Assembly: GCA_965657575.1 (NCBI GenBank)
Contig: CBFHOK010000001.1
Coordinates: 68,559 to 132,558, forward strand
Length of the DNA stretch: 64,000 nt
Direction of reading: 5' to 3'
From: Microbacteriaceae bacterium
GTDB lineage: Bacteria; Actinomycetota; Actinomycetes; Actinomycetales; Microbacteriaceae
Numbering within the stretch: position 1 is the first letter of the stretch; the number at the start of each line of letters is the position of its first letter. Below, piece by piece: positions 1 to 9,069 of this stretch. The position numbers and the translations under genes are program-made. The notes below the pieces were generated by a model that had not been told where the DNA came from, did not search any database, and was given only the letters and a program-made list of their open reading frames with translations.

Positions 1-2414
1 TTCTCTAAACCGTGGGCGAGCTTCGGTGAGGGAGCCTCGATTAAGGGTCCCATGTTTGCGCTTGGATTGGTTGGGAAATCAACCACTAAGCCTTCAACTG
101 CATCCAGTAGCTGCCTATTGAATCGCTCTGAGTCAGCAACTGTGCCAACCAAAATCGCGATAGAGGCCGCCGAGCACTTCTGACCGGCGTGACCAAAGGC
201 ACTGTAGGCAAGATCTTTTGCTGCCAGGTCCAAATCGGCACTAGGTGTGATCACAAGTGCGTTTTTCCCACTAGTTTCAGCAAGCAGTGGCAAATCTGGC
301 CTGAATGACCTAAACAGCTGAGCTGTTTCATAGCCACCGGTGAGAATCACTCTGGAGATTTCTTTGTGAGTAATCAGTTGCTTTCCTAAATCTCGCTCAG
401 AGATTTGAATTGGAACCATTACATCCTTGGGAACACCCGCATCGTGGAAAATACGAGCGAGTAGCGCGCCAGTTCTTTTCACCTGACCGGCAGGCTTGAA
501 AATCACTGCCGATCCCGCAGCAAGTGCTGCAAGCGAGGATCCAGCAGGGATAGCGCTGGGGAAATTCCAGGGGGGAGTGACCAAAACCAGTTGCTCAGGG
601 ATATGTTTTGCACCGTCAAGCTCAGCTAGTTCCTCGGCAAGCTTGGCGTAATAGTTTGCGAAGTCGATTGCCTCGCTGATTTCGGGGTCGCCCTGCTCGA
701 TGGTTTTTCCAGCCTCACTTGCCATTACCTCCAGCAATGCAGCCCTGTTTTTCTCCAATTCCAGTGCGACGTTTCTGAGGATAGAGACACGCTTTTGAAG
801 GTCTGTTTTCTGCCACTTAGCAAAACCCTTGACCGCTTTGGCGATGGTCTTTTCTAAATCTTTCTCCGTTTTCAAAAAGTCTTGGTCAGTTTCCTTGGTT
901 CCAAGGATGCTGACTTTTGCCCTTTCAAGTATTTCGCTTGCCCATTTGAGATTCTCTGGGACAGACGGATCGGTGTCTGGCACGTTATGAAAATCAGTTT
1001 GCGGTTCACCGGGGAGTTTTCTTGGGGTTCGGTTGGAACTCGGGTCAGGCTTGGATAGGTCCTGAATGGAGGCCATAAAGCGAATTTTCTCTCTTTCGAA
1101 GACCGCTTTGTCCTTCTCCAGTTCAAATAATCCACTCATGAAGTTATCCGTGCTGGCACCCTCTTCCAGCCTTCGGATTAGGTAGGCAATGGCAACGTCG
1201 AATTCACCTGGGTGAACAACCGGCGTATACAAAACCAATCCACCTATTGTTTTCTTAACCGCCTCGGCCTGAGCCTCCGCCATTCCCAAAAGCATCTCAA
1301 CGTCTATGCCCTCTTTGCAGCCACGTTTTTCGGCTAGTAAGTATCCAAAGGCTAGGTCGAATAGGTTGTGTCCGGCGATTCCAACTCTTAGGTTTTTCGT
1401 TCTCTCGGGAGTCAGTGCATAGTCCAGAACCCGTTTAAAGTTGGCATCTGCCGCCTGTTTTGATTCAACTGTTGCCAGTGGCCAATCGTGCATCTCTGCA
1501 TCAACAATCTCCATTGGCAGGTTGGCACCTTTTACAAGCCTCACCTTGATTGAACTTCCACCAGTTTCCACTCTTTTTGCGGCCCATTGCTGTAGCTGTC
1601 GCATTTCATCCAAGGCATCCGGCAGGTAGGCCTGCAAAACAATGCCAGCGTTTAGATTGAGAAATTGCTCCTCGGAGAGAATCTTTTTGAAAACCTCGAT
1701 TGTTAGACGAAGGTCTTTGTACTCCTCCATGTCCAGGTTTATGAATTTCTGAGGTGAGGAACCTGCGGCAAGTTCGTATAGAGGTCTCAGGGTTTCAACT
1801 ATTTTGTCCACTGACTCGTCAAACGCCCAGGCCGGATGGGGGGCGATAACTGATGAAACCTTTAGCGAGACATAACTTACGTCTTTGCGATTTAGAAGCG
1901 CTCTAAGTTTTTGATATCTGGATTTAGCCTCTGATTCACCAAGCACTGCCTCGCCCAGAAGGTTGATGTTCAACGTCACATCATCCGCAGAGATCTTTTT
2001 TAGTGATTTGGTGAGCTTGCTATCAGTTGCGTCAATAACCAGGTGCTGAACAAAGCCACGGAGCACTGTTTTGGCAATAGGAATCACAGGCCAGGGGAGC
2101 ATTGGAGCCACTAATCCCCCCAGCTTTACTAGACCCCTGAGGGGAAGGGGCAGAAACTTGGGAACTCTCTTGGCAACTCTTGCCAAGGCTCGAGCCGCCA
2201 CTTTGTTATCTTCGGGTCTGACAACTCCATCGATAAAGCCAACTGCGAAATACAGCCCGTCTGGATCAGCTAGCAATCCTGCCAAACGCTCGGCTGCCGG
2301 TGAGGATTTAGCTAGCGATGCCTCCGAAGACCAGGACTTTGCAAGCTCGTTGGCCTGGCCTGCAATCAGTTCTGTTTCACTTATGGTTTCGCTGTGGTTT
2401 TCGCTAATAGACAT
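1..2414 (-). CDS. putA: Bifunctional proline dehydrogenase / L-glutamate gamma-semialdehyde (P5C) dehydrogenase PutA. The N-terminal ~804 codons are present; the 3' end runs off the left edge.
   Basis: Not in the ORF track because there is no stop inside the window. My own reverse-strand translation from ATG 2414-2412 reads MSISENHSETISETELIAGQANELAKSW... It continues through a proline-dehydrogenase-like stretch (...SSIKVRLVKGANLPMEIVDAEMHDWPLAT...). In the same frame near 150-240 it gives an aldehyde-dehydrogenase catalytic-Cys stretch (...AYSAFGHAGQKCSAASIAILVG...). Only short ORFs exist in the other frames. Confidence 0.8.
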   Translation of the reverse strand, partial: MSISENHSETISETELIAGQANELAKSWSSEASLAKSSPAAERLAGLLADPDGLYFAVGFIDGVVRPEDNKVAARALARVAKRVPKFLPLPLRGLVKLGGLVAPMLPWPVIPIAKTVLRGFVQHLVIDATDSKLTKSLKKISADDVTLNINLLGEAVLGESEAKSRYQKLRALLNRKDVSYVSLKVSSVIAPHPAWAFDESVDKIVETLRPLYELAAGSSPQKFINLDMEEYKDLRLTIEVFKKILSEEQFLNLNAGIVLQAYLPDALDEMRQLQQWAAKRVETGGSSIKVRLVKGANLPMEIVDAEMHDWPLATVESKQAADANFKRVLDYALTPERTKNLRVGIAGHNLFDLAFGYLLAEKRGCKEGIDVEMLLGMAEAQAEAVKKTIGGLVLYTPVVHPGEFDVAIAYLIRRLEEGASTDNFMSGLFELEKDKAVFEREKIRFMASIQDLSKPDPSSNRTPRKLPGEPQTDFHNVPDTDPSVPENLKWASEILERAKVSILGTKETDQDFLKTEKDLEKTIAKAVKGFAKWQKTDLQKRVSILRNVALELEKNRAALLEVMASEAGKTIEQGDPEISEAIDFANYYAKLAEELAELDGAKHIPEQLVLVTPPWNFPSAIPAGSSLAALAAGSAVIFKPAGQVKRTGALLARIFHDAGVPKDVMVPIQISERDLGKQLITHKEISRVILTGGYETAQLFRSFRPDLPLLAETSGKNALVITPSADLDLAAKDLAYSAFGHAGQKCSAASIAILVGTVADSERFNRQLLDAVEGLVVDFPTNPSANMGPLIEAPSPKLAHGLE

Positions 2415-2456
2415 AGCCGAAAGTCTAGGGTTTATAAAGGTTATTTCAAACTTTGT

Positions 2457-2690
2457 TTAGCAGCAGTTTTTACTTGCAATGCTTAGGGTTTTGGGTGTGC
2501 TGTCGTCAATGACCTCAACAGTCACTGCGTCTGGGTAATAACCTTCTGGGTAAGTGGGGCAAACAGCTGTGAAGGTGCCATCTTCTCGTGCCAAAATCTG
2601 ACCCTTGAAGTCTTTTTCCAACATGAACTCTCTCGCCTCGGCTTGAGAGTGAAATGGCTTTGCGCACTTGGTGTAATTAAATTCGCTCAT
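2457..2690 (-). CDS. Hypothetical small protein (77 aa) with four Cys, including a C-terminal Cys-Cys
   Basis: Track ORF; I recognise no family. It is supported by a near-consensus promoter positioned for a leaderless transcript (2697-2726) and by clean intergenic flanks. Confidence 0.5.
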   Translation of the reverse strand: MSEFNYTKCAKPFHSQAEAREFMLEKDFKGQILAREDGTFTAVCPTYPEGYYPDAVTVEVIDDSTPKTLSIASKNCC

Positions 2691-2696
2691 GGCACT

Positions 2697-2726
2697 AATA
2701 TATAGATGCTTATCTATTTATTGCAA
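2697..2726 (-). promoter_or_regulatory. Putative promoter (-35 TTGCAA, 18-nt spacer, -10 TATATT) giving a leaderless mRNA for the 77-aa ORF
   Basis: The reverse strand reads TTGCAA-N18-TATATT-AGTGCC-ATG. The -10 element ends 6 nt before the A of the start codon and there is no Shine-Dalgarno sequence. Confidence 0.45.
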
Positions 2727-2808
2727 CAAAACTCGCTCAATGGAAAAGTTGTCTGGAAACCTCAAAACAAATTCAACGGACTAGGTTCCTGCTTCAACAA
2801 ACTTTGGA

Positions 2809-3039
2809 CTATTTTTTCTTCCTTCTGGCGGTGATTGAAGTAACGATTACTCCAAAAATTAGTGCCCCTAGAAGAACCCAAAAGGCAATTGCCTGTTGAT
2901 TTGCAATCTCCTCGCAGGACGTCCAGCCTTCTTGCTGAACATCGGGGGAGCAGGTTTCGGGGTCAAAAAACCCAACCCACCAGGCAAGTACGCCAACGCC
3001 GGCCACCGTGGCCAGCATGGCTAGTGAATTATTCTTCAC
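2809..3039 (-). CDS. Small two-TM membrane protein (76 aa) with a Cys pair in the inter-TM loop
   Basis: Track ORF. Two hydrophobic segments (LAMLATVAGVGVLAWWVGFF and AFWVLLGALIFGVIVTSI) flank ETCSPDVQQEGWTSCEE, and the C-terminus is RRKKK. The start overlaps the trxA stop by 11 nt. Confidence 0.55.
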   Translation of the reverse strand: MKNNSLAMLATVAGVGVLAWWVGFFDPETCSPDVQQEGWTSCEEIANQQAIAFWVLLGALIFGVIVTSITARRKKK

Positions 3040-3403
3040 CCTTGGCTTGCTCTTTGGCGATTTCCGCCCTTACCTCATCCATGTCAAGCTCTTGCACCTT
3101 GCCGATTAGCTCATCCAGTGCTGGACCTGGAAGGGCTCCTGGTTGGTTGAAAAGCAAAATTCCGTCGCGGAAGATCATCAATGTTGGAATTGATGAGATG
3201 CCTGCCATCTGGGCAAGCTGCTGCTCTGCCTCGGTGTCAACCTTGGCGAAGGTCATCTCTGGGTTGTCTTCACTGGCTTTTTCGAAAATGGGTGCGAATG
3301 ACTTGCATGGGCCGCACCAATCCGCCCAAAAATCCACAAAGGTGATTCCCTCAGACAGTACTGTCTTCTCGAAGTCCTCCAGTGTTAGGTCGACTGTTGA
3401 CAT
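3029..3403 (-). CDS. trxA: Thioredoxin
   Basis: WCGPC active site in VDFWADWCGPCKSFAPIF; the length (124 aa) is typical. Confidence 0.9.
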   Translation of the reverse strand: MSTVDLTLEDFEKTVLSEGITFVDFWADWCGPCKSFAPIFEKASEDNPEMTFAKVDTEAEQQLAQMAGISSIPTLMIFRDGILLFNQPGALPGPALDELIGKVQELDMDEVRAEIAKEQAKGEE

Positions 3404-4346
3404 TGATTTCTCCGTTTCTTTTTCCTAAACGCCTAACTCGTGAGGTTTGCGCAATCAATATTCCTGCGAGTACCACGATACCCCCCAAGGTTTGGATGAT
3501 GCCAATCGTCTCCCCAAGCCATAAAAAACCGAACAAAAATGCGAAAAGCACCTCGCTGGTGGAGATGACACCCATGACGGTTGAGGAGATGTGGCGAACA
3601 GCTAGGTAGGTGAAAAGCATTGGCAAAAACGCCCCCATAATTCCAAGCCAAATCATCAACCACCACTGTGGGACATTGATGCTCTCAAGGTTTCCCATTA
3701 GGTTGACCGTCTGTGTCAATCTGCCTGGCTCCAAGCTGCCCCAGTCGGCAAAGATGAAAAACAGGATGGCTGCGGTTCCAATGGCGTAAACCATGACTGC
3801 AGTTGTGCTAACTCGTCGCTGTATTCGCTCGGCACCGATGAAGTAGTAGGTCAGGCAAAGTGCTGCACCAAAGGCAAATATCACACCCGTCGGGTTTAGC
3901 CCACCTCCCCATATCTCACTCACCATAACCAGACCGATGATGACCATAAAGGCACCGATCCAGAGCTGCGGTTTTGCTTTTTCTTTGAAAAACAAAAAAG
4001 TTGCTATCGGAATCATGATCACAGCCGTGTATTCAATAAGCAGTGCAATTCCGACAGGAAGATTCGAGACTCCAATTGAATACGTCCACTGCAAACCGCC
4101 AACTCCGATTCCGCCAAGAATCATCAGTCGTGGAAGATCGCGGGGGTTTATTAGCAGCAGCCTGGGGTTTCTGGCAAGTGCCCAACCGAGGGCAAGCATC
4201 GCAGCAGTCAGAGTTCTAACAGAAACCACTTGCTCGGGAGTTAGACCGGTGGTGATTGCGACTTTCGAGGTTGCCCCGTTTATGCCGAATAAAAAGGCTG
4301 CCAGCACTGCATAAAAAGCCCCCAGCAGTGGATAGCGCTGGGTCAA
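3351..4346 (-). CDS. DMT (EamA-like) family transporter
   Basis: 331 aa with about 10 hydrophobic segments in two repeats, the EamA-type pattern. The 3' tail overlaps the trxA start by 53 nt in another frame. Confidence 0.75.
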   Translation of the reverse strand: MTQRYPLLGAFYAVLAAFLFGINGATSKVAITTGLTPEQVVSVRTLTAAMLALGWALARNPRLLLINPRDLPRLMILGGIGVGGLQWTYSIGVSNLPVGIALLIEYTAVIMIPIATFLFFKEKAKPQLWIGAFMVIIGLVMVSEIWGGGLNPTGVIFAFGAALCLTYYFIGAERIQRRVSTTAVMVYAIGTAAILFFIFADWGSLEPGRLTQTVNLMGNLESINVPQWWLMIWLGIMGAFLPMLFTYLAVRHISSTVMGVISTSEVLFAFLFGFLWLGETIGIIQTLGGIVVLAGILIAQTSRVRRLGKRNGEINVNSRPNTGGLREDSTV

Positions 4347-4397
4347 TTCATGACCATTGAATTTATAAATTGCACCAGAGAAGTTTAGAGTAGGAAC

Positions 4398-4919
4398 ATG
4401 GAAAAATTTGTACTCGGTGGTGGATGTTTTTGGTGTTTGGATGCGGTTTATCGAAATGTTAGGGGAGTGAGCTCTTCAATCGCAGGATATGCGGGAGGAC
4501 ATGTGAAAAATCCTACCTACGAACAGGTCTGTCACATGGACACCGGTCACGCTGAAGTACTAGAAGTCACCTTCGATCCTGAAGAGGTCTCAGCTGAGAA
4601 CATTCTGGATATTTTCTTTACTCTTCACGATCCAACTCAGCTCAATCGACAGGGGGCTGACGTTGGTAGTCAGTACCGGTCATCGATGATGTATGAAAAC
4701 GAATCCCAAAAAAAGCTTTTTGAAACATCAGTTGAGCGAGCCAAGGAAATCTGGGGCGAGGGCGTTGTCACCGAGGTGGTTCCACTTGAGACTTTTTATG
4801 AGGCAGAGTCTTACCACCAGGATTATTTTGCTAAAAACCCAAACCAGGGTTACTGCCTAGCGGTTGTATCACCCAAGGTAGCCAAGGTCAGGGCAAGTTT
4901 CTCTTCTTTGATGCGCTAA
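4398..4919 (+). CDS. msrA: Peptide-methionine (S)-S-oxide reductase
   Basis: N-terminal GGGCFWC motif, HAEVLEVTFDP, YHQDYF. Confidence 0.92.
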   Translation: MEKFVLGGGCFWCLDAVYRNVRGVSSSIAGYAGGHVKNPTYEQVCHMDTGHAEVLEVTFDPEEVSAENILDIFFTLHDPTQLNRQGADVGSQYRSSMMYENESQKKLFETSVERAKEIWGEGVVTEVVPLETFYEAESYHQDYFAKNPNQGYCLAVVSPKVAKVRASFSSLMR

Positions 4920-5016
4920 CAAGCTCAAATATGCCTGGTTATCAACAGATTATTTGAGAACCGGGTTTGAGTTTCTTATGTATCTCACAATCGATTTATA
5001 TCGAGAGGAGATAACA

Positions 5017-5415
5017 ATGCAGGAACTAATTTCACTACAGGGGTTGGTTGCAACAACACCCAGGACCGTCACCACTAAAGAGGGCATTCAGCTAACGTCG
5101 TTTCGTCTAGTGAGTGCTGCCAGAAGGTTCAATCGGGAGATAGCTCAGTGGGAGGACTCAAACACCAACTGGTATACCGTTGTAGGTTTTCGAAGGATAG
5201 CTGAGAATATGGCAGCTAGTTTGGAAAAGGGCCAAAGAGTTGTTCTGCAGGGGAGACTTCGGGTAAAGGACTGGGATAACGGCGAAAAGACCGGCACAAC
5301 CGTAGAGATAGAAGTTTTAGGAATCGGTCATGACCTCAGTTGGGGAACAAGTGTTTTTGAGCGAACGGTTTATCAGTCAAGCGAACCTGAGGAGCTCACT
5401 GCAGCAGCCAGCTAG
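5017..5415 (+). CDS. Single-stranded DNA-binding protein paralog (OB fold) lacking the canonical acidic C-terminal tip
   Basis: SSB-like OB-fold sequence (TSFRLVS...NWYTVVGFRRIAENMAASLEKGQRVVLQGRLRVKDWD). I moved the start to ATG 5017, which lies behind GAGAGGAG at 5003-5010. The C-terminus is ...EELTAAAS rather than D-D-D-I-P-F-like. Confidence 0.75.
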   Translation: MQELISLQGLVATTPRTVTTKEGIQLTSFRLVSAARRFNREIAQWEDSNTNWYTVVGFRRIAENMAASLEKGQRVVLQGRLRVKDWDNGEKTGTTVEIEVLGIGHDLSWGTSVFERTVYQSSEPEELTAAAS

Positions 5416-5465
5416 TTCTGTCGGCTACAATTTGGGAGCGTCGCACTCAAATTGGAAAGTTGCAA

Positions 5466-7148
5466 ATGGCTGAATTTATTTATCAAATGATTAGCGCCCG
5501 CAAAGCGCACGGAGACAAGGTAATCCTTGACGATGTGACATTGGCCTTCTATCCGGGAGCCAAGATTGGTGTCGTTGGGCCCAACGGTGCTGGTAAGTCA
5601 TCAGTTTTGAAAATTATGGCCGGACTAGATCAGCCAAGCAATGGCGAGGCTCGATTGGCCCCCGGTCACACAGTCGGAATTTTGCTCCAGGAACCACCTC
5701 TGAATGAGGAAAAAACAGTTCTTGGAAACGTGCAGGAGGCAGTCGCTGACACTATCGCCAAAGTCGATCGGTTCAACCAGATTTCGGAAGAGCTTGCCAA
5801 TCCAGATGCTGACTATGACAGCTTGTTGGAGGAAATGGGAAAGCTACAAGAGGAGATTGACCGACTAGATGCGTGGGATTTAGAAAACCAGCTGGAGCAA
5901 GCGATGGATGCCCTCCGCTGCCCACCAAGCGACTCTCCGGTCACGCACCTTTCTGGTGGAGAGCGTCGACGGGTTGCGTTGTGTAAGTTGCTTTTAGAGA
6001 AGCCCGATCTTCTATTGCTGGATGAGCCAACCAACCACCTTGATGCCGAGAGCGTTTTATGGCTGGAGCAACACTTGGCCAAGTACCCAGGTGCTGTTTT
6101 GGCAGTAACTCACGACCGTTATTTTCTAGACAATGTCGCTGAGTGGATTTTGGAGTTAGACCGAGGTCGCGCATACCCATATGAGGGTAATTACAGCACC
6201 TACCTCGAAAAGAAGCAGGAGAGACTTCAGGTTCAGGGCAAGAAGGACGCCAAGATGGCGAAGCGTCTGAAAGATGAGCTTGAGTGGGTTAGGTCATCAC
6301 CAAAGGCCAAGCAAACGAAGTCAAAGGCTCGTTTGGCAAGGTATGAGGAGATGGCTGCTGAGGCAGACAAGACCAGAAAGCTCGATTTCGAGGAAATCCA
6401 GATCCCACCGGGACCTCGATTGGGTGATGTTGTTATTGACGCCGACAAAATTGCCAAGGGCTTCGACGGAAGGTCATTATTTAGCGATTTGAGCTTCACT
6501 CTTCCAAGAAATGGCATCGTCGGAGTAATTGGTCCAAACGGTGTTGGTAAATCGACTTTGTTCAAGTGCATTGTTGGCATGGAAGAAATTGATAGTGGAA
6601 ACCTGAAAATCGGTGAAACAGTAAAAATCAGCTACGTGGACCAAGCGCGAGAGGGAATTGACCCAAAGAAGTCTCTTTGGGAGGTGGTCTCTGGTGGACT
6701 TGATTACATCCAGGTTGGAAACGTTGAGATGCCTTCTAGGGCTTATGTCGCTGCATTTGGCTTTAAGGGCCCAGACCAGCAAAAGCCTGCTGGAGTTTTG
6801 TCAGGTGGAGAGCGAAACAGATTGAACCTTGCTTTGACACTGAAGCAGGGTGGAAACCTATTGCTATTGGATGAGCCGACAAACGATCTAGATGTTGAAA
6901 CCCTTGGAAGCTTAGAAAATGCACTGGAAGAGTTTCCTGGTTGTGCTGTTGTGATTACTCACGACAGGTGGTTTCTAGACAGGGTTGCTACTCACATCCT
7001 TGCCTATGAGGGAACCGAGGACAACCCAGACAACTGGTACTGGTTTGAGGGTAACTTCCAGTCCTATGAAGAAAACAAGATTGAGCGACTCGGTGAAGAG
7101 GCAGCAAAGCCTCACAGAACCACTTACAGAAGACTCACCAGGGACTAA
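5466..7148 (+). CDS. ettA: Energy-dependent translational throttle protein EttA (ABC-F ATPase)
   Basis: MAEFIYQM... N-terminus as in EttA. Two Walker A motifs (GPNGAGKSS, GPNGVGKST) and two LSGGE signatures. ATG 5466 is preferred over the upstream TTG 5460. Confidence 0.92.
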   Translation: MAEFIYQMISARKAHGDKVILDDVTLAFYPGAKIGVVGPNGAGKSSVLKIMAGLDQPSNGEARLAPGHTVGILLQEPPLNEEKTVLGNVQEAVADTIAKVDRFNQISEELANPDADYDSLLEEMGKLQEEIDRLDAWDLENQLEQAMDALRCPPSDSPVTHLSGGERRRVALCKLLLEKPDLLLLDEPTNHLDAESVLWLEQHLAKYPGAVLAVTHDRYFLDNVAEWILELDRGRAYPYEGNYSTYLEKKQERLQVQGKKDAKMAKRLKDELEWVRSSPKAKQTKSKARLARYEEMAAEADKTRKLDFEEIQIPPGPRLGDVVIDADKIAKGFDGRSLFSDLSFTLPRNGIVGVIGPNGVGKSTLFKCIVGMEEIDSGNLKIGETVKISYVDQAREGIDPKKSLWEVVSGGLDYIQVGNVEMPSRAYVAAFGFKGPDQQKPAGVLSGGERNRLNLALTLKQGGNLLLLDEPTNDLDVETLGSLENALEEFPGCAVVITHDRWFLDRVATHILAYEGTEDNPDNWYWFEGNFQSYEENKIERLGEEAAKPHRTTYRRLTRD

Positions 7149-8002
7149 GAAAACTCTGGGACTCTCAGCATTCCTTCTTGGGCAACAGAGGCTACCAAGA
7201 CTCCGTCCTGGTAAATCTTTCCAAGGTTTAGGTTTCTGGAGCCTTGTGTCGAGGGTGATTGCTGTTCGTATAAAAGCCAGCGGTTGATATCAAATGGTCT
7301 GTGAAACCACATCGCATGATCAAGTGAAGCACTTGCCATTCCGGGATGAGCCCAGCTGATTCCATGCCTTCTCAGACCAGATTCCAAAATTGTGTAGTCA
7401 CTGGCAAAAGCCAAGGCCGCAGCGTGAAGCTGATCTGGAAGAACGATTTCCTCTTGGGTTTTTAGCCAAACTGTTTGGTTTGGTTGAGTTGATCTAACTT
7501 TGAGATATAAATCATCTGGGTGGTGTCTTATGTCAAAAGGCCTTGCATTTGCCCAATACTGAGCGCTCGGGTGGTCAATATCTCCAAGGATTGAGCTGGC
7601 GGTTGGCAAGTCTTCTGGGTCGCCGTTATTTCCAGTTGGTTCCGTTTGGTGGTCAAGGCCTGGCTCGTTGATTTGAAAACTGGCAATCATTGAAAAAATC
7701 ACCTTTTCGTTTTGAATTGCCTGGACCCGTCTTGCGCTAAAAGACCTTCCGTCTCGAAGAATTTCAACGTCAAAAACTATGTCTTTTTCAACATCTCCCG
7801 GTCTGAGGAAATAGCCGTGAAGTGAATGCACCGGCCTCGACTCATCGACGGTTTTTATTGAAGCGGCGAGTGCCTGAGCCATCACCTGTCCGCCGAAGAC
7901 TCTTCCGTGGGGCATCCACAGGCTTTGCCCTTGAAACCTGTTTTCATCCAGCTGGGTTAGGTCCAAGGTTTGCCTTAGCTGGCTAATCGGTGATTGGTTC
8001 AT
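7145..8002 (-). CDS. tesB: Acyl-CoA thioesterase II
   Basis: TesB-like double hot-dog sequence (RFQGQSLWMPHGRVFGGQVMAQAL...). The start is set at ATG 8002 behind AAGGAAAG; the track ORF extends to 8047. Confidence 0.85.
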   Translation of the reverse strand: MNQSPISQLRQTLDLTQLDENRFQGQSLWMPHGRVFGGQVMAQALAASIKTVDESRPVHSLHGYFLRPGDVEKDIVFDVEILRDGRSFSARRVQAIQNEKVIFSMIASFQINEPGLDHQTEPTGNNGDPEDLPTASSILGDIDHPSAQYWANARPFDIRHHPDDLYLKVRSTQPNQTVWLKTQEEIVLPDQLHAAALAFASDYTILESGLRRHGISWAHPGMASASLDHAMWFHRPFDINRWLLYEQQSPSTQGSRNLNLGKIYQDGVLVASVAQEGMLRVPEFS

Positions 8003-8038
8003 TGTTCCGCGCTTTCCTTGCATTAGTTTAGAGGTCTG

Positions 8039-8692
8039 ATGAATCAACCAATTTTTCTAAACTCTGCCCAACAGGCTAGTGATCTAATTAATTTCCTGTC
8101 CCGTGCCAAGAAAATGGACGATGACGGGGTGGTCAGGCTCAGGGCTTTTGGGGATGTTTTAGCTGTTTCTGTAGCACCTATCTTTACCTCAAGTCTTTTC
8201 GCCGATGGTCCAACTGCAATCGGTATGCGAACAATGAAACTTGCTAAGGCGACCGAGGTTGACTCTGTGGTGTTATTAGGTGAGGTTTTGCAAAGACTCC
8301 CAAAGGCCGAGGAAAGCCTTCAGCTCGAGGTTCCGCTTGATCACAAACCTGCCTCCTGGACAGGGATCTCGGCACCACGCAATGGTTGGGAGTTGACCAC
8401 TGAGTATTCAGAGGATCAGGTCAGCGAGTGGGCAAAAAAGGGCATCAAGGATGTCGCCGAGTCATTGCCGGACAGCGTTGGTGGTCCGGTGGCGGCCAGA
8501 ATCAGAGCCCAGATTTGGTCAAGGCCTGTTGATATTGGGCTGATGCTTCCAGGAGCTGCCGCCTTTGCTATGGCAGGGCTTGGGTTTTTGGTTAAAGGTG
8601 AGAATGTGAAGGCCTATCGAGTGAAAAACTGGCTGAGACTGTCAACCAGTTATGGTCACGTTATTACGAGAGAGTCGACCAGAATCTCCTAG
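8039..8692 (+). CDS. Hypothetical protein (217 aa)
   Basis: Track ORF with AGAGG 5 nt upstream of the ATG. I recognise no family. It sits in the slot between tesB and glbO. Confidence 0.55.
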   Translation: MNQPIFLNSAQQASDLINFLSRAKKMDDDGVVRLRAFGDVLAVSVAPIFTSSLFADGPTAIGMRTMKLAKATEVDSVVLLGEVLQRLPKAEESLQLEVPLDHKPASWTGISAPRNGWELTTEYSEDQVSEWAKKGIKDVAESLPDSVGGPVAARIRAQIWSRPVDIGLMLPGAAAFAMAGLGFLVKGENVKAYRVKNWLRLSTSYGHVITRESTRIS

Positions 8693-9069
8693 TCTTCGAA
8701 GGTGTTGACCATAGCAAGTGCTGCACGCTCAAAATAATCCCAAACAATTGCATCATCCGCTGGGCTCAGCTTGGCTGCATCGACCGCTTTTCGCATAGCT
8801 TCGAGCCAGTGCTTTTTTGCATTTGGGTTTATCTTGAAGGGTGAATGCCGCATTCTGAGTCTTGGGTGACCCCTTTGCTCCTGATAGTGATTTGGTCCTC
8901 CCCAGTATTGGATCAAAAATAGTCTGAGCCGCTCTTCGGCAGGACCAAGATCCTCTTCTGGATACATCTCATGCAACACCGGATCTGCACTTACCCCCTC
9001 ATAGAAAACACGAGCGATGGTGCTGAAGGTTTGCTCACCGCCGAGGCGATTGAATAGTTCGCTATCCAC
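8689..9069 (-). CDS. glbO: Group II truncated hemoglobin
   Basis: FYEGVSADPVLHEMYPEEDLGPAEERLRLFLIQYWGGPNHYQEQRGHPRLRMRH is the characteristic trHbO core. Confidence 0.85.
   Translation of the reverse strand: MDSELFNRLGGEQTFSTIARVFYEGVSADPVLHEMYPEEDLGPAEERLRLFLIQYWGGPNHYQEQRGHPRLRMRHSPFKINPNAKKHWLEAMRKAVDAAKLSPADDAIVWDYFERAALAMVNTFED

Noticed and set aside
2862-3428. 188-aa plus-strand ORF
   Set aside because: It is antisense to trxA and the small membrane protein. trxA has an unambiguous WCGPC motif.
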